Shown in pieces: positions 11,885-23,700 of a stretch of 64,000 nucleotides of DNA. Source of the stretch: Octopus sinensis (Eukaryota); NCBI RefSeq assembly GCF_006345805.1, contig NC_042998.1, positions 32,984,001 to 33,048,000 on the forward strand, given 5' to 3'. The stretch's first letter is position 1. The number at the start of each line of letters is the position of its first letter. Under the pieces are notes generated by a model that saw only the letters and a program-made list of their open reading frames with translations, did not search any database and was not told the DNA's origin. Made by a program: the position numbers and the translations under genes.

Positions 11885-12164
11885 TATATTTTTTAATGTC
11901 TTACTTGAAAAATTGCATTCGGTGGGATTAGTAAAATTTTTGGTAGAAATGACTAATTGTCCTCTTAGCGTGTGGCATGTATGTATATGCCCTCTGGCAT
12001 GTATGTATAATGCCCTCTATATATAAATTAATATGTTCAATAAGAATAATTATTTTCGAAATTTTTTCTCTTATGAGGTCTTTCACGCTATCTAACCTGA
12101 CAATTTCTTGTTAAGTTTTCCTTATTAAGTAGTTGTCCTTAATTGCTATATATATATATATATA

Positions 12165-12239
<75 letters not shown>

Positions 12240-12397
12240 TAAAATTAATCAAAGTAAATATAGGTATATCAACCTGCTTGAAATAACACAAAACACTTAT
12301 TAAATCGCCAAAAATCAACCGATGAAAACTACAGAAATCAAACGAAGGCAAAATCACGTTAAGACAATCTACTAACATACATTTAAGTATTTGGACT

Positions 12398-12452
12398 CAC
12401 GTGGATCAATTTCTGCATTGGTAAAATAAATCCTTAGCTTCTTCAGCACGTG
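12398..12452 (-). ncRNA. Degenerate hammerhead-like motif
   Basis: Reverse complement: CACGTG / CTGAAGA / weak stem II / GAAA-TTGA-TC / CACGTG. Confidence 0.45.
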
Positions 12453-12523
12453 TTACCATGATTAGAGACTCCCAACCTAACGCTTCGAATATGTGCTGCA
12501 ACTGATTCGTTTCACCTGTATCG

Positions 12524-12567
<44 letters not shown>

Positions 12568-12592
12568 TATATATATAATTATACACTTATAT

Positions 12593-12815
12593 GGTGTGTG
12601 TCTTTCGGTCCCCTCACCATCGCTTGACAACCGATGTTGACGTGTTTACATTCCCGCAACTTACCGGTTCGGCAAAAAAGGAGACTGCTGGAATAAGTAC
12701 TAGGCCTATAAAGAATAAGTCCTGGTGTCGATTTATTCGACGAAAATCCTTTGAGGCGGTGATCCAGCATGGTAGCAATCACATGACTGAAACAAGTAAA
12801 AGAATAAAAGAATAA
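12593..12815 (+). mobile_element. SINE family B (CORE-type, internal microsatellite), 3' half
   Basis: Matches 3' halves of the copies at 34250-34712 and 43610-44012; tail TGACTGAAACAAGTAAAAGA. Confidence 0.7.
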
Positions 12816-13068
12816 TATATATTTTTTCCTTCCTTGTTTTTGTATACATTCTCTGCTTTCTTCCAAGGAATCTAGTGCTCTTAGCTTAGTTTTTCCTTGG
12901 GGCTGGCTAGATTGGAGCAATCTCGAGTATAACCAGCCGAAATTGCAAGATAATCTGGAACTCGACTGAGGAAGGAAAACTCCTTGTTTTTTCTTGTTCC
13001 GATTTTTATGTTCCTTTTTATATACATATGGCAGCGTACGTAACACACACACGCACACACACACACAC

Positions 13069-13111
<43 letters not shown>

Positions 13112-13114
<3 letters not shown>

Positions 13115-13318
13115 TTACTGCCCACAAGGGGCTAAACACAGAGGGGACAAACGGATTAAGTCGATTACATCGACCCCAGTGCGTAACTACATTTATCGAC
13201 CCCGAAAGGATGAAAGGCAAAGTCGACCTCGGCGGAATTTGAACTCAGAACGTAGCGGCAGACGAAATACCACAAAGTATTTCGCCCGGCGTGCTAACGC
13301 TTCTGCCAGCTTGCCGCC
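13112..13318 (-). mobile_element. tRNA-derived SINE family A
   Basis: Sense GGCGGC(G/A)AGCTGGCAGAA...TGAGTTCAAATTCC (B-box-like)...GACTTTGCCTTTCATCCTTTCGGGGTCGATAAA...GTAAAGA; more than 10 copies in the window. Confidence 0.85.
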
Positions 13319-13334
13319 TTACACACACACACAT

Positions 13335-13358
13335 ATATATATATATATAATATATATA

Positions 13359-13419
<61 letters not shown>

Positions 13420-13472
13420 CTATGTTATATATATATATATATGTAGATATATATATGTATATATATATGTAA

Positions 13473-13512
<40 letters not shown>

Positions 13513-13560
13513 GGTATATATATATATATTATAATTATATATATATATAATATATATATG

Positions 13561-13600
<40 letters not shown>

Positions 13601-13760
13601 GTATATATATATATATGTATATATATATGTAATATATATATATGTATATATATGTATATATATAATATATGTAATATAATATAATATATATATGAGTATA
13701 TATCTATATATATATAATGTATATATATATATATATATATTATATATGCATATATATATA
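13335..13760. repeat. Interrupted (TA)n microsatellite
   Basis: Direct reading. Confidence 0.95.
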
Positions 13761-14464
13761 AGCTCAGTGGTATAACGGCGATGCAGGTCCACTTTTTGTC
13801 AGCCATTTATAATTTGTAAATTGAAGAGAAAATGGATTACATGAAGGTTGACTAGACACTGTATAAAAGGGAAAAGCTTCTGTCTGACAGAGCTGTTCAT
13901 TAAGGGTCCCGTTAGATTCTACATAAATGTAAATGCACAGACTGAGTGCAAATCATTTGATACATGGCTGATATAAACCAACGACTGATCGACTATTGTT
14001 TTATTTATATGTTTTGCTTTTTGTCTATTTGTAAATTATATCCTCTTAAATAGTCTGAAGATGAATGAGAACAGTAGATTTCCAGACTAGATATTATTTT
14101 GCATCTAATGTGTTACGTCTCTATAACGTCTTCAATATCTGCAGGAATCGGCTTTGCTTTTCATTCGTGCTGAGATCAATAATATATGTATCAGTGCAAA
14201 TGATTAATGCGTGCTTAACACTGGCAAAGTTCTTTAGCCGTCAGAGGAAAAACAAATGTGTTGACGATATTTGACCTCATGTTGAAAGTGTGTCCTGTAC
14301 TGTTGAAATATGTAGCAGCGGAAGATTCTAATTATGTGCTGGTTCAGTAAAAGTTATCCGATGGAAATGAAGGAAAACGAAAATAGAGTTTTTTATTATT
14401 TTTATATTCTTCCAAATATAACATACAAGACAGTATATTTCTTATATAACGCTAAGTAAGCATT

Positions 14465-14709
14465 CTCTTTTACTTGTTTCAGTCATTTGACTGTGACCAT
14501 GCTGGAGCACCACCTTTAGTCGAGCAAATTAACCCAAAGAATTATTCTTTGTAAGCTTAGTGTTTATTTTATCAGTCTCTTTTGCCAAATCGCTAAGTTA
14601 CGGGGATGTAAACGCATCACCGTCGGTTGTCAGGCAATGTTGGGGGACAAACCAGACACAGAAACATATATACACACATACATACATACATACTATATAT
14701 ATATATATA

Positions 14710-14773
<64 letters not shown>

Positions 14774-14850
14774 TACGACGGCTTCTTTCAGTTTCTGTCT
14801 ACCAAATCCACTCACAAGGCTTTGGTCGGCTCGAGGATACAGTAGAATAC
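14465..14850 (-). mobile_element. SINE family B, 5'-truncated, with internal (TA)n
   Basis: Colinear with 34250-34712. Confidence 0.75.
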
Positions 14851-15592
14851 ACTTAATGCAAATAATAATGATGATGATGATGATATTAATAATATGTGTG
14901 TGTATGTATACGTGCATGTTTGTGTAAATATGGAGTCGTTACGAGTGTCGCATTAATAAAACCATAATCTCTGTTGTATTACAATTAACTTTGTTTCTTA
15001 AGCAAAAGAACTGGAGCATAGTGGACATTCGGCTCATCTCTTTATTTCGTTAAATACTAATTTTAAAAGAAATATGCACAGCCCATGTTTTTATATCGAA
15101 CAGGATGTACGGATGATGGATGAAGCGAACGTAATGAACGACGGTATAGATTCACTGACACATGATATCGTGAGAGTAAAATTTAAATTAAACAGTCTAG
15201 AAAACGGAAGCTAATGTCAATTATTTGCTTGGACGGTTTCATGGTAATGGCTATATTCTCATTGTTTCTTATGAGTTGGACCTTCACTCCTAACAAGGAT
15301 TTCGTTACGATCAATATGCGTTAATTTTTCTTTAAACTTTCAGAAATAATTAGATCTTTCTGTCTTCTTTTCTAGCTACAATCTTATTTGCCTTTTCTTC
15401 TTGCCTTATTCCTTCTTTCATTTGTTTTTTCCTTCAACTGTTTTCGTCTTTCATTCTTACTTGCTATTAATCGCAACACAACAAATAATTGCGAACAAAC
15501 GGCGACTGAATATCTACTTTCATTATTTTTCGCTCTTGCATTTAGAATTAATGTGTAATTATTGGTGTACATATATATATATATATATATAA

Positions 15593-15641
<49 letters not shown>

Positions 15642-16094
15642 TATATATATATATATATCTATACATATATATATATAGATATATATATATTTAGGCTGAA
15701 ACAGCTGTAAGAAGTGATTTTAATGATTTCAATAATTTATATATGATTTTTATAATTGTATTCTTATTTTATATGTATTGAATTATAAGGTATATATGTA
15801 TGGCATTAAGGTTCTCATTTTGTTAAATGAATAAATAATTCAACATTCTAATATCCGAAAGTTGATGAAAAAATTAAATTGCTTCTCCATTTTCTTATTT
15901 GTATTATAAATTAACGGTAAAATATTTCTTTACCTTCACCCGTTTAATACAATAAATAAATTAATTGCATTGTATTGCAATTAAAAACATTTATGTATTA
16001 AGAATTTGGGTACTTTACCAACAGTATATTGGATAAATACTATCCCTTAGTGGGTTGCACCCATAACCCCTAACTTACTCTATGATATATATAT

Positions 16095-16371
16095 ATTATT
16101 TCGGCCTAGCTAAAGACATCTAGCATATGTAAAACTGCCGTCACTGAAAAAACCATTGTTCCACCGTGAGAAAAGTTCTGTTGAACTGTTAATTTAAACT
16201 TGGTTATGATGGATCAAATCATAAGTGGATTCGAAGCATGAAGTGGATTCGATCCATCATAACCAAGTTTAAATTAACAGTTCAACAGAACTTTTCTCAC
16301 GGTGGAACAATGGTTTTTTCAGTGACGGCAGTTTTACATATGCTAGATGTCTTTAGCTAGGCCGAAATAAT
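16095..16371. repeat. Perfect 121-bp inverted repeat with 35-bp spacer
   Basis: 16095-16215 is the exact reverse complement of 16251-16371; AAGTGGATTCGA occurs twice at the spacer. Confidence 0.9.
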
Positions 16372-17029
16372 GCCTTCACCACTTGACCCTTTCTAACGTA
16401 TTCTACTTCACCAAAAGCTAGAATAGAGATATCACCAACGAAGCCCATTGTTCTTAATGATATGACTATCTTTCTGGATAGTTATAAAAACAAGAAGCCA
16501 CAAGCAAAAGACAGTCAGTCACTTGGTGATAACTCAGTAAGTCGTCATTTGGTGACAACTGAGTGAGTCGGCTCGTGACAACTCAATCAGTAAGGGAACG
16601 GACTGCGAGAATCCTGACCACAAGTAAGGCAGCTACTAAAGACAAGAATCAGACAGAGAAATGAAATTTACTGTCAGCAACTGTGAGACAACGTCCCACG
16701 ACCCTACAACTTTCACTAGCGCTAATTCTGATCTCTCACAACATCATTCTGTCGCTATCTGTGAAATATTACTAACAACGTGTACACAGAACTATCCAAA
16801 GCAAATTTCTACCACATCTAACTTTCTTTCGCATGCCCTCGGATTTTATAATCTGCCCGATGAGGCAAGGTATTTTCAACGTAACGGTAAAAATAAATAT
16901 TTCCTTAAAACTTCATGCATTGTTCATCTTCATATCTTACAACTTGCCATTACAAAAGAATTTCAACCGATACAAAAAATAAACTTTAACCGTTACAATT
17001 GACCCTCAACTAAAAGCTTAATCTGTACT

Positions 17030-17044
<15 letters not shown>

Positions 17045-17060
<16 letters not shown>

Positions 17061-17290
17061 AATGTGGCGGTCTTATATAGGACAATGTTACTGTTGTTTA
17101 AGCCCCAAGAAAACATCTTTTCCAGCTGGCTATCGACACACAGTCTGTGTCCGTATAGTGTTTACAAGGGAGGTCATAGCCTCCATCTCCAGCCTTACGT
17201 GATACTCACAGACCACGGTTTCTGAGTGGTCACCCGTCCTCAGTGTGAGACAATCACTGGCTGTTCATGAAAACTCTATTATTCTAACTT
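17045..17290 (-). mobile_element. Second copy of the HHR-bearing retrozyme-like family (cf. 2200-2538)
   Basis: Shares GTGATTGTC, the HHR, TATCACGT and CCAGCTGG blocks in the same order. Confidence 0.55.
17199..17257 (-). ncRNA. Type I hammerhead ribozyme, extended stem I
   Basis: Reverse complement: GTGAT-TGT-CTCACA / CTGAGGA / C-GGGTG-AC-CACTC-A / GAAA / ACC-GT-GGT / C17 / TGTGAG-T-ATCAC. Confidence 0.85.
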
Positions 17291-17323
17291 ATTTTCTCAC
17301 ATGTTAGTTTCTTAACATTTGGT

Positions 17324-17455
17324 CTCTCTGATGAAGTCTTGTGGCTCAACCATTGTTCAACCTCTGGCCAATGTTTGTTCATCTCCATTTATCACTGGCG
17401 TCATGAGGAAAACTTGGAAGATTTGGCACCCCTGTGGTAGAAACAGCCGTAAGAG
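17324..17455 (+). ncRNA. Candidate hammerhead with ~105-nt expanded stem II region
   Basis: CTCT / CTGATGA ... GAAAC-AGCC-GTA / AGAG; both halves resemble the 41.9-42.5 kb family, but no stem II is evident. Confidence 0.35.
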
Positions 17456-17643
17456 TTTAGTATTTGTACACTCATCTATTCTTATTCGTTTATTTTTATT
17501 TATATATTTATTTACTTTTTTATTGGCTTATTTCATTCGTTTACTTGGATCATTTACACATATGATTGTAATCAATGAATACATATAATCGAATGTTTAC
17601 AGGCTGATGTTTGTCAATTGTTATCTCTTATTTTTTATTTGCC

Positions 17644-17689
<46 letters not shown>

Positions 17690-17690
17690 A

Positions 17691-17742
<52 letters not shown>

Positions 17743-17889
17743 TTATTTGGAAATGGATGCGTGACGTTCAATGAAATAATAATAATAAATAATATATATA
17801 TATACATGTATGTATGTATGTATGTATGTATGTATGTATGTATGTATATATATATTTTATACATACATGTATGTGTGTGTATATATATA

Positions 17890-18117
17890 TTACACACATG
17901 CTTTTAAGTATGTGACCTCGTGAAGACCACTTGCATTTTTTTCCCTCTGTCCTCCCACCTCGGGATCTTTCTTTCTCCTATGTTTCCACGACGAGAGCTC
18001 CGCTCGAAACGAACACGTCCTACCCCTTCTTCCTTCTTTCCTGAGCGCCCAATAATACTTATTTGTTCCACATCCTCGCGTTGTTGTCTTTTTGTTTTTC
18101 TTGTTTGGATTAACTTT
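17890..18117 (+). mobile_element. PLE pseudo-LTR-like fragment with decayed HHR-like motif (17982-18020)
   Basis: ACGACGA / GAGC-TCC-GCTC / GAAAC...GTC; pyrimidine-rich flanks; ends at (TA)n. Confidence 0.45.
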
Positions 18118-19599
18118 ATATATATATATATATATATATATAATTATATACATGTGTGTGTGTGTGTGCATGCTTGGAAAGTGATTACGGCAATGGAAAT
18201 AAAGTACTCAAAACTTTAGAGTACATTATATAATAATGTAATACAAATTCAAATTCTTATAGAATATAATTGCTCGTAAAACCATTTTACGCAACAATTA
18301 AGAATTTCACAAAACACTTTAACACAATCCACACAGGATGGGCGATTTTATTTTTGCGAAATGATCCACTTCATTTTTGTGGATTTTATTTTCAATATAC
18401 TTTCTTGAGAACATTTTTCCTTTCCTTTATTTTATTTAATTTCGAATGCATCCCGTTATTTATTTATTTTGCTTTGTTTTGTCCTCTGCTTCATCATTTC
18501 TTGTTCTAATCTTTCCGCTCACCATAAGCAAAGATATATATTTTTTCTTCTTTTCGCTCACTATTCTTCCCTGAATTTTCGTTCCCTTTTTTCTTTCTGT
18601 TTCCATTCTCGGTACTTTTCATCATTTCACCACATTTAGTTTCCACGCTTTTTCTCTCTCCTCATATAATCAGCTAAATTTATATTGTCTTTCTAAATTT
18701 TATGCTATTAGAACAGACACGTCTTCAGCATTTACTCCCATATAAATATATATCTTTCTCCTATCTAGATTTACTCCTTCACAGATACTCTTTCTTTCTA
18801 CTTTCTATTTCTCACTCGGTTTTCTGATTTAAATCAGTTTTATAGCCACACATTTTTCATGTTTAATTTCACTTTCTCTAATCAATGAAACTTCTAGTAT
18901 CATTTATGATACCCTCAGATGAATAAAGGGGGCACTCTTTCCATATCTTCCCCGTTCTTTATTTTTCGCTGTTTCCTCTTCTATTTCTAACATTTACATA
19001 TTCTTTCCATTTCCTTTATCGCCTGCTTCCTTCCAATCTCTCCCTCCCTATCGCTCTCTTTCTCTCTCTCTCTCTCTCTCATTCTCAATCTTTATGTTCT
19101 CTAGTTTTCTTTTACTCTATGTTTCGTTTGCTTAATACCTGGATTTACGATTATAACTTCGGGGGCTTGATTCTAACACTGGACAGTTTCTTTAAGTAAA
19201 TCGTTTCATTTCACGCTTCTCCGGTCTACTTAGCTATAAATGGGTACCAAATGAACCCTGGGGAAGCTCTCTCCATCTCCAGTTATTACATACCAGATTT
19301 TCTTCTGGGTCAAAGTCAAGAGGGTTGAGATTGTACCCATGTCTGCTTGCGACTACATAGGAATCTAAAACAATCACCGAAGGGATGATATACTCTACAA
19401 GGTCAGTCTCCGTTCCGTAGGACAGTTGAGCCTTTTTATGTATTGAATGTTAACATTTCTTCTCCTCAGTTTGATTTGATTTTTATAACTTAATCAAACT
19501 GAATTTTTAAAATTAAGATGTAAGCTGTTTTGAAAAAATGACAATGGAAAACTCGGAACTAACAGTAATGATAATGGCAGTTATTTTACAGATTTTTTT

Positions 19600-20250
19600 T
19601 TATTTGGTTGAGTCTGAAGGAAGAAGCAGAGCCTATGGTCTTTGTAGGCGTTCCGAAAGATGATGTTCCGTATAATCTTTTGCACGTCAACACCTGCAGG
19701 AAAGATATGAGCAGGAAAGGAGACTTCAGACACCCGTTGTTCTGGGGGAGAAGGAAGGAAGCTTGTGGTTAGTTCAGGGAAAGAGAGGTTCGTTACACTA
19801 AGGATAATGAAAGATGAAGAGATGGGTAGGTCTGAGCGCCTGAAGGTATGAGGCTAACAAGTTATAGTAGCGAGAGTAAAGACAGATGGAACTGCACGCT
19901 TGTGGGTCACATGAGGCCATACTAATCGGCCGAGTCACCATTCTTAGGATGCGTTTCAGGGTATCAACAGTGCTTGAACAGCTGTGAGCGCAGTCCTCCA
20001 TTGCCTTTTAGAGGGTCCGCAGCTGCTTAGGGTTGAAATATCTCCAGGTTATAAAAAGGAAAGCTAGTTTGGGGTTCGTTGCAGCTATGCTAAGGGTGTG
20101 CTTTTGTATGAAAGTACCCTCGAGAATAGCGGAACCTCGTAGTTGGAACGAATTGGTGTTCAGGGAGGTCTTGGACAGTGAGATTCCTCGATTATTCTTA
20201 AAGGCCCTATATCAGGAGTACTACATCAATATCATGCCCCCTTTTTTACC
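19600..20250 (-). pseudogene. Possible heavily decayed PLE reverse transcriptase
   Basis: Only weak motif resemblance (NSFQLRG, LYSRY, GTPTKTIGSA) across broken frames. Confidence 0.3.
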
Positions 20251-20401
20251 TTTGTGTACCATGTATTTTCCCTTTTCTTTTCATTGTATACTGTATATAC
20301 TTACTCCTGTTTTTTTTATTTTATGATTTCATTATAAATGAAACCCCACGCTTTGATTTTTGTCTTTGTATTGTCCCCCTCAACTTTCGCCCTGCTGGCA
20401 A

Positions 20402-20522
20402 ATAAATGAAATCGTTGTTGCTGTTGTTGTTGTTACTGTTGCTGCTGTTGTTGTTGGTGGTGTTGCTGCTGCTGCTGCAGCTGTTGTTGCAGTTGTTGCT
20501 GCTCTTTGTTGTTGTTGTTGTT
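20402..20522. repeat. (GTT/GCT)n trinucleotide repeat
   Basis: Direct reading. Confidence 0.9.
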
Positions 20523-20897
20523 AAAATATAAAATGAATGACCGTCTGTGAATTTCGCCTGCAATAGATCGACAGAGTGTAACAGGCAGTCGCTGGAAACT
20601 GGTGTAAGTATGATAATAAGAGGTGGATTTAAATGTCAAAAAGCTACTGCAAATTTTAAAAGGTGTTTTTACTAAGGAAGAAAGAGATTCAAAGAGATTC
20701 TAAACTCTTTGATATACAGAAAGACTTTACTCAGACAATTTACAGGAAAACGAGGTCATGGCTTAAAAGGAAATGCTTTGCATTTATTTTTCTTTCTCTC
20801 TGTCTACATACGAACGACTGCGTATGACACATACACATATACACACGTACATGCACACACATACACACACACAAAACAAATATTAATATAATATATA

Positions 20898-20953
<56 letters not shown>

Positions 20954-21045
20954 AAAATTATTAGAGACAAAACCACTATTTTGCAAAACAAACAAGGAAA
21001 GACTTAATCAATACATAAAATTTTAATAAATAGTCAAAAAGACCG

Positions 21046-21088
21046 CCACTACAATTGTTTCTTGTCTTGATCGACAATCTTCAGGTGG
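21046..21088 (-). ncRNA. Type I hammerhead ribozyme
   Basis: Reverse complement: CCAC / CTGAAGA / TTGTC-GATCAA-GACAA / GAAA / palindromic ACAATTGT / A17 / GTGG. Confidence 0.9.
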
Positions 21089-23399
21089 ACTTCCAATCTA
21101 AAATATCAATATTTTAAAATATAAAAATAATAATTTAAAATAATTAAAGTATGAATGAAAAAATATAAATATATAATCCATATATAACCTATATAAATCC
21201 ATATATAATCAATATATAAACCATATATAAACTAAAATAAACCTATCAACAATTAAATATAAAATATAAAATATAAATAATAAAAATATAAAACAAAACA
21301 AAAAAATAATAATAATATAATAATAAACTATATATACACCCATACACATATACCTAATTATATATAACCATATCTAACTACATACACTAAATCACACCCC
21401 TATATATATATCCCTATACATACACATAAAAACGTCTAGGCAACTATAAATAAAATAGCTAAATACTTCAACACAATACTTATTCATACTCCCACACACA
21501 CACACATACAACCCACATTCACGCTCTAGAAAACGGACATCACTTAAAATATGAACGGAGAAATGGAATAAATGGAATTAAAAATTATATTCACTTGGTA
21601 AAACGAACACTACTTAAAAATTATGAATGAAACAATGCAATAAAACAACAGACATCGCAAATAGACACAAATTACTACGAATTCCTTAACAAACCTACCA
21701 TGATAAACCAAAACTCATAAAAACATATAATGATAAAATCTCCCTTTACTAAACTCTATAACATACCTATATAGCAATCCCCCTAACCTAAACATTCACA
21801 CACAAATACACACACGTAAACCACACACCACGACATATACTAATACCCACACCACTTACACATACCTATAATACATATAAACCTCAACATATACTCCAAA
21901 AACCCACTCAACCACACAGACAAATAAACACAAAAATTATGAATGGATTTCTTTATAAAACTACCATGATAAGCTAAAACTCACAAAACATAAATGATAA
22001 AACCTCCCTTTACTAAACACTATAACATACTTATATAGCAATCCCTTTAACCTATACATTCACACACAAATACACACACGTAAACCACACACCCATAACA
22101 AATACAAACACCCACCCCACTCACACACACCCACAAGTACATATAAGCCTCAACATATACACCAAACAAAATTACTTTACCAAGGAACTTAACATATGTA
22201 TAAAAAGTATAACCGCTCTGGAAACGAACATCTTTTAAAATAATGAATGGAGAAATGGAATAAATGGAATAAAAATAATATTCACGTGGCAAAACGAACA
22301 CCACTCAAAATTATGAATGAAACAATGTAAAAAACAACCAACATCGAAAATAGACAAATTACCACGAATTCCCTAAAAAAAAACCATGATAAACCAAAAC
22401 TCTTAAAAACATATAACGATAAAATCTCCCTTTGCTAAACTCTATAACAAACCTATATAGCAATCCCCCTAACCTAAACATTCACACACAAAAACACACA
22501 CGTAAACCACAGACCCACGACTTATACACATACCTATACTAACTTATAAACCTCAATATACACAAAAACCCACTCCCTCCCCACACAGACAAATTAACAC
22601 ATACATCCCAAAACCTAAATAACAAACCCATATACACATTCACACACAAACACACACACACGCAAAACACACACACACAACAGATACATATACTCCCTCA
22701 CATATACGCATATACATACTCACTAAACTCGATATATACAACAATATTTACACACCCACACTCATACAGATAAATAAATTATACAACTAAAAACTCACAC
22801 ACAATCTCATATACATAAACACTCCAATACAAAACAACATTAAATACATCGTAATTAACCAGAATATCAAAAATAACAATATGACATAAGGAGAAATAAA
22901 ATACATACTTACAAGTCAGTTTCAATTATGAAGTGAAATTAAATTCTTAGCCGTTAAAAAACAAAACCAAATTACGTTACCATAGAAATATAACTTATGT
23001 AAAAAAAGAATACGCGCCATGGAAAGTAAACGTCATTTAAAATTATGAATGGAGAAATAGAATAAATGGAACTAAAAACTATATCCACGTGGCAAACCAA
23101 CACTACTTAAAAAAAAAAAAATTTATTATGAATGGATTCTTTAATAAAACTACCATAATAAATTATTATATACAATTATGAGCTTTAGCTCATCTTAGCA
23201 GCTCTAACAAACAACTTGTAGTAACCCATATCTATTCTCGATACCTGCCTTACTACTACACTATTCCATTCCCAATTCCAAGCAACGCTAGCCCACCACC
23301 CGGTTACAATTCCCAACTCCACCCATTCATTCACAATTTCAACGACGTTCAACTCCACAGCGCTACATATAAGCCTCAACATATACACCGGAGATTCGC

Positions 23400-23700
23400 T
23401 TTCAATCCGTGCGGATGGGTGAGAGTATACATTGAGTGTAGTGATGGGGCTCCCATTACTATACACATTGTACCTGTGTGGTAGTCTCCATGTGTATATC
23501 ACGCACGGGTATAAATGCAGGGGGTACACGCGCACGGCATGTACGTGTACCCCCTCACATGTACATATGCATGCTAGTTGGGCTCGATATGTGCAACAAT
23601 GTAATCGCGCCCGCATACATGCATATGGGCGAGTTGCACAATCAAAATACGCACACGTGTGTGTGTGCGTTCCCTGGTTGTGCAATTCACCCATCTGGGT
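23400..23700. other. Cluster of nested quasi-palindromes at the strand-skew switch
   Basis: TAGTGATGGG/CCCATTACTA; TATACACAT/ATGTGTATA; AGGGGGTACACG/CGTGTACCCCCT; ATGGGCGAGTTGCACAATCA/TGGTTGTGCAATTCACCCAT. Confidence 0.7.

Larger units (their letters stand above)
10941..12147 (+). mobile_element. Retrozyme/PLE pLTR-like array: one inverted plus about 1.7 tandem units of ~470 bp
   Basis: 10941-11337 is the reverse complement of the unit; junction at GAG microhomology near 11335; HHR cores at 11372 and 11843 are 471 bp apart; both ends abut (TA)n. Confidence 0.85.
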
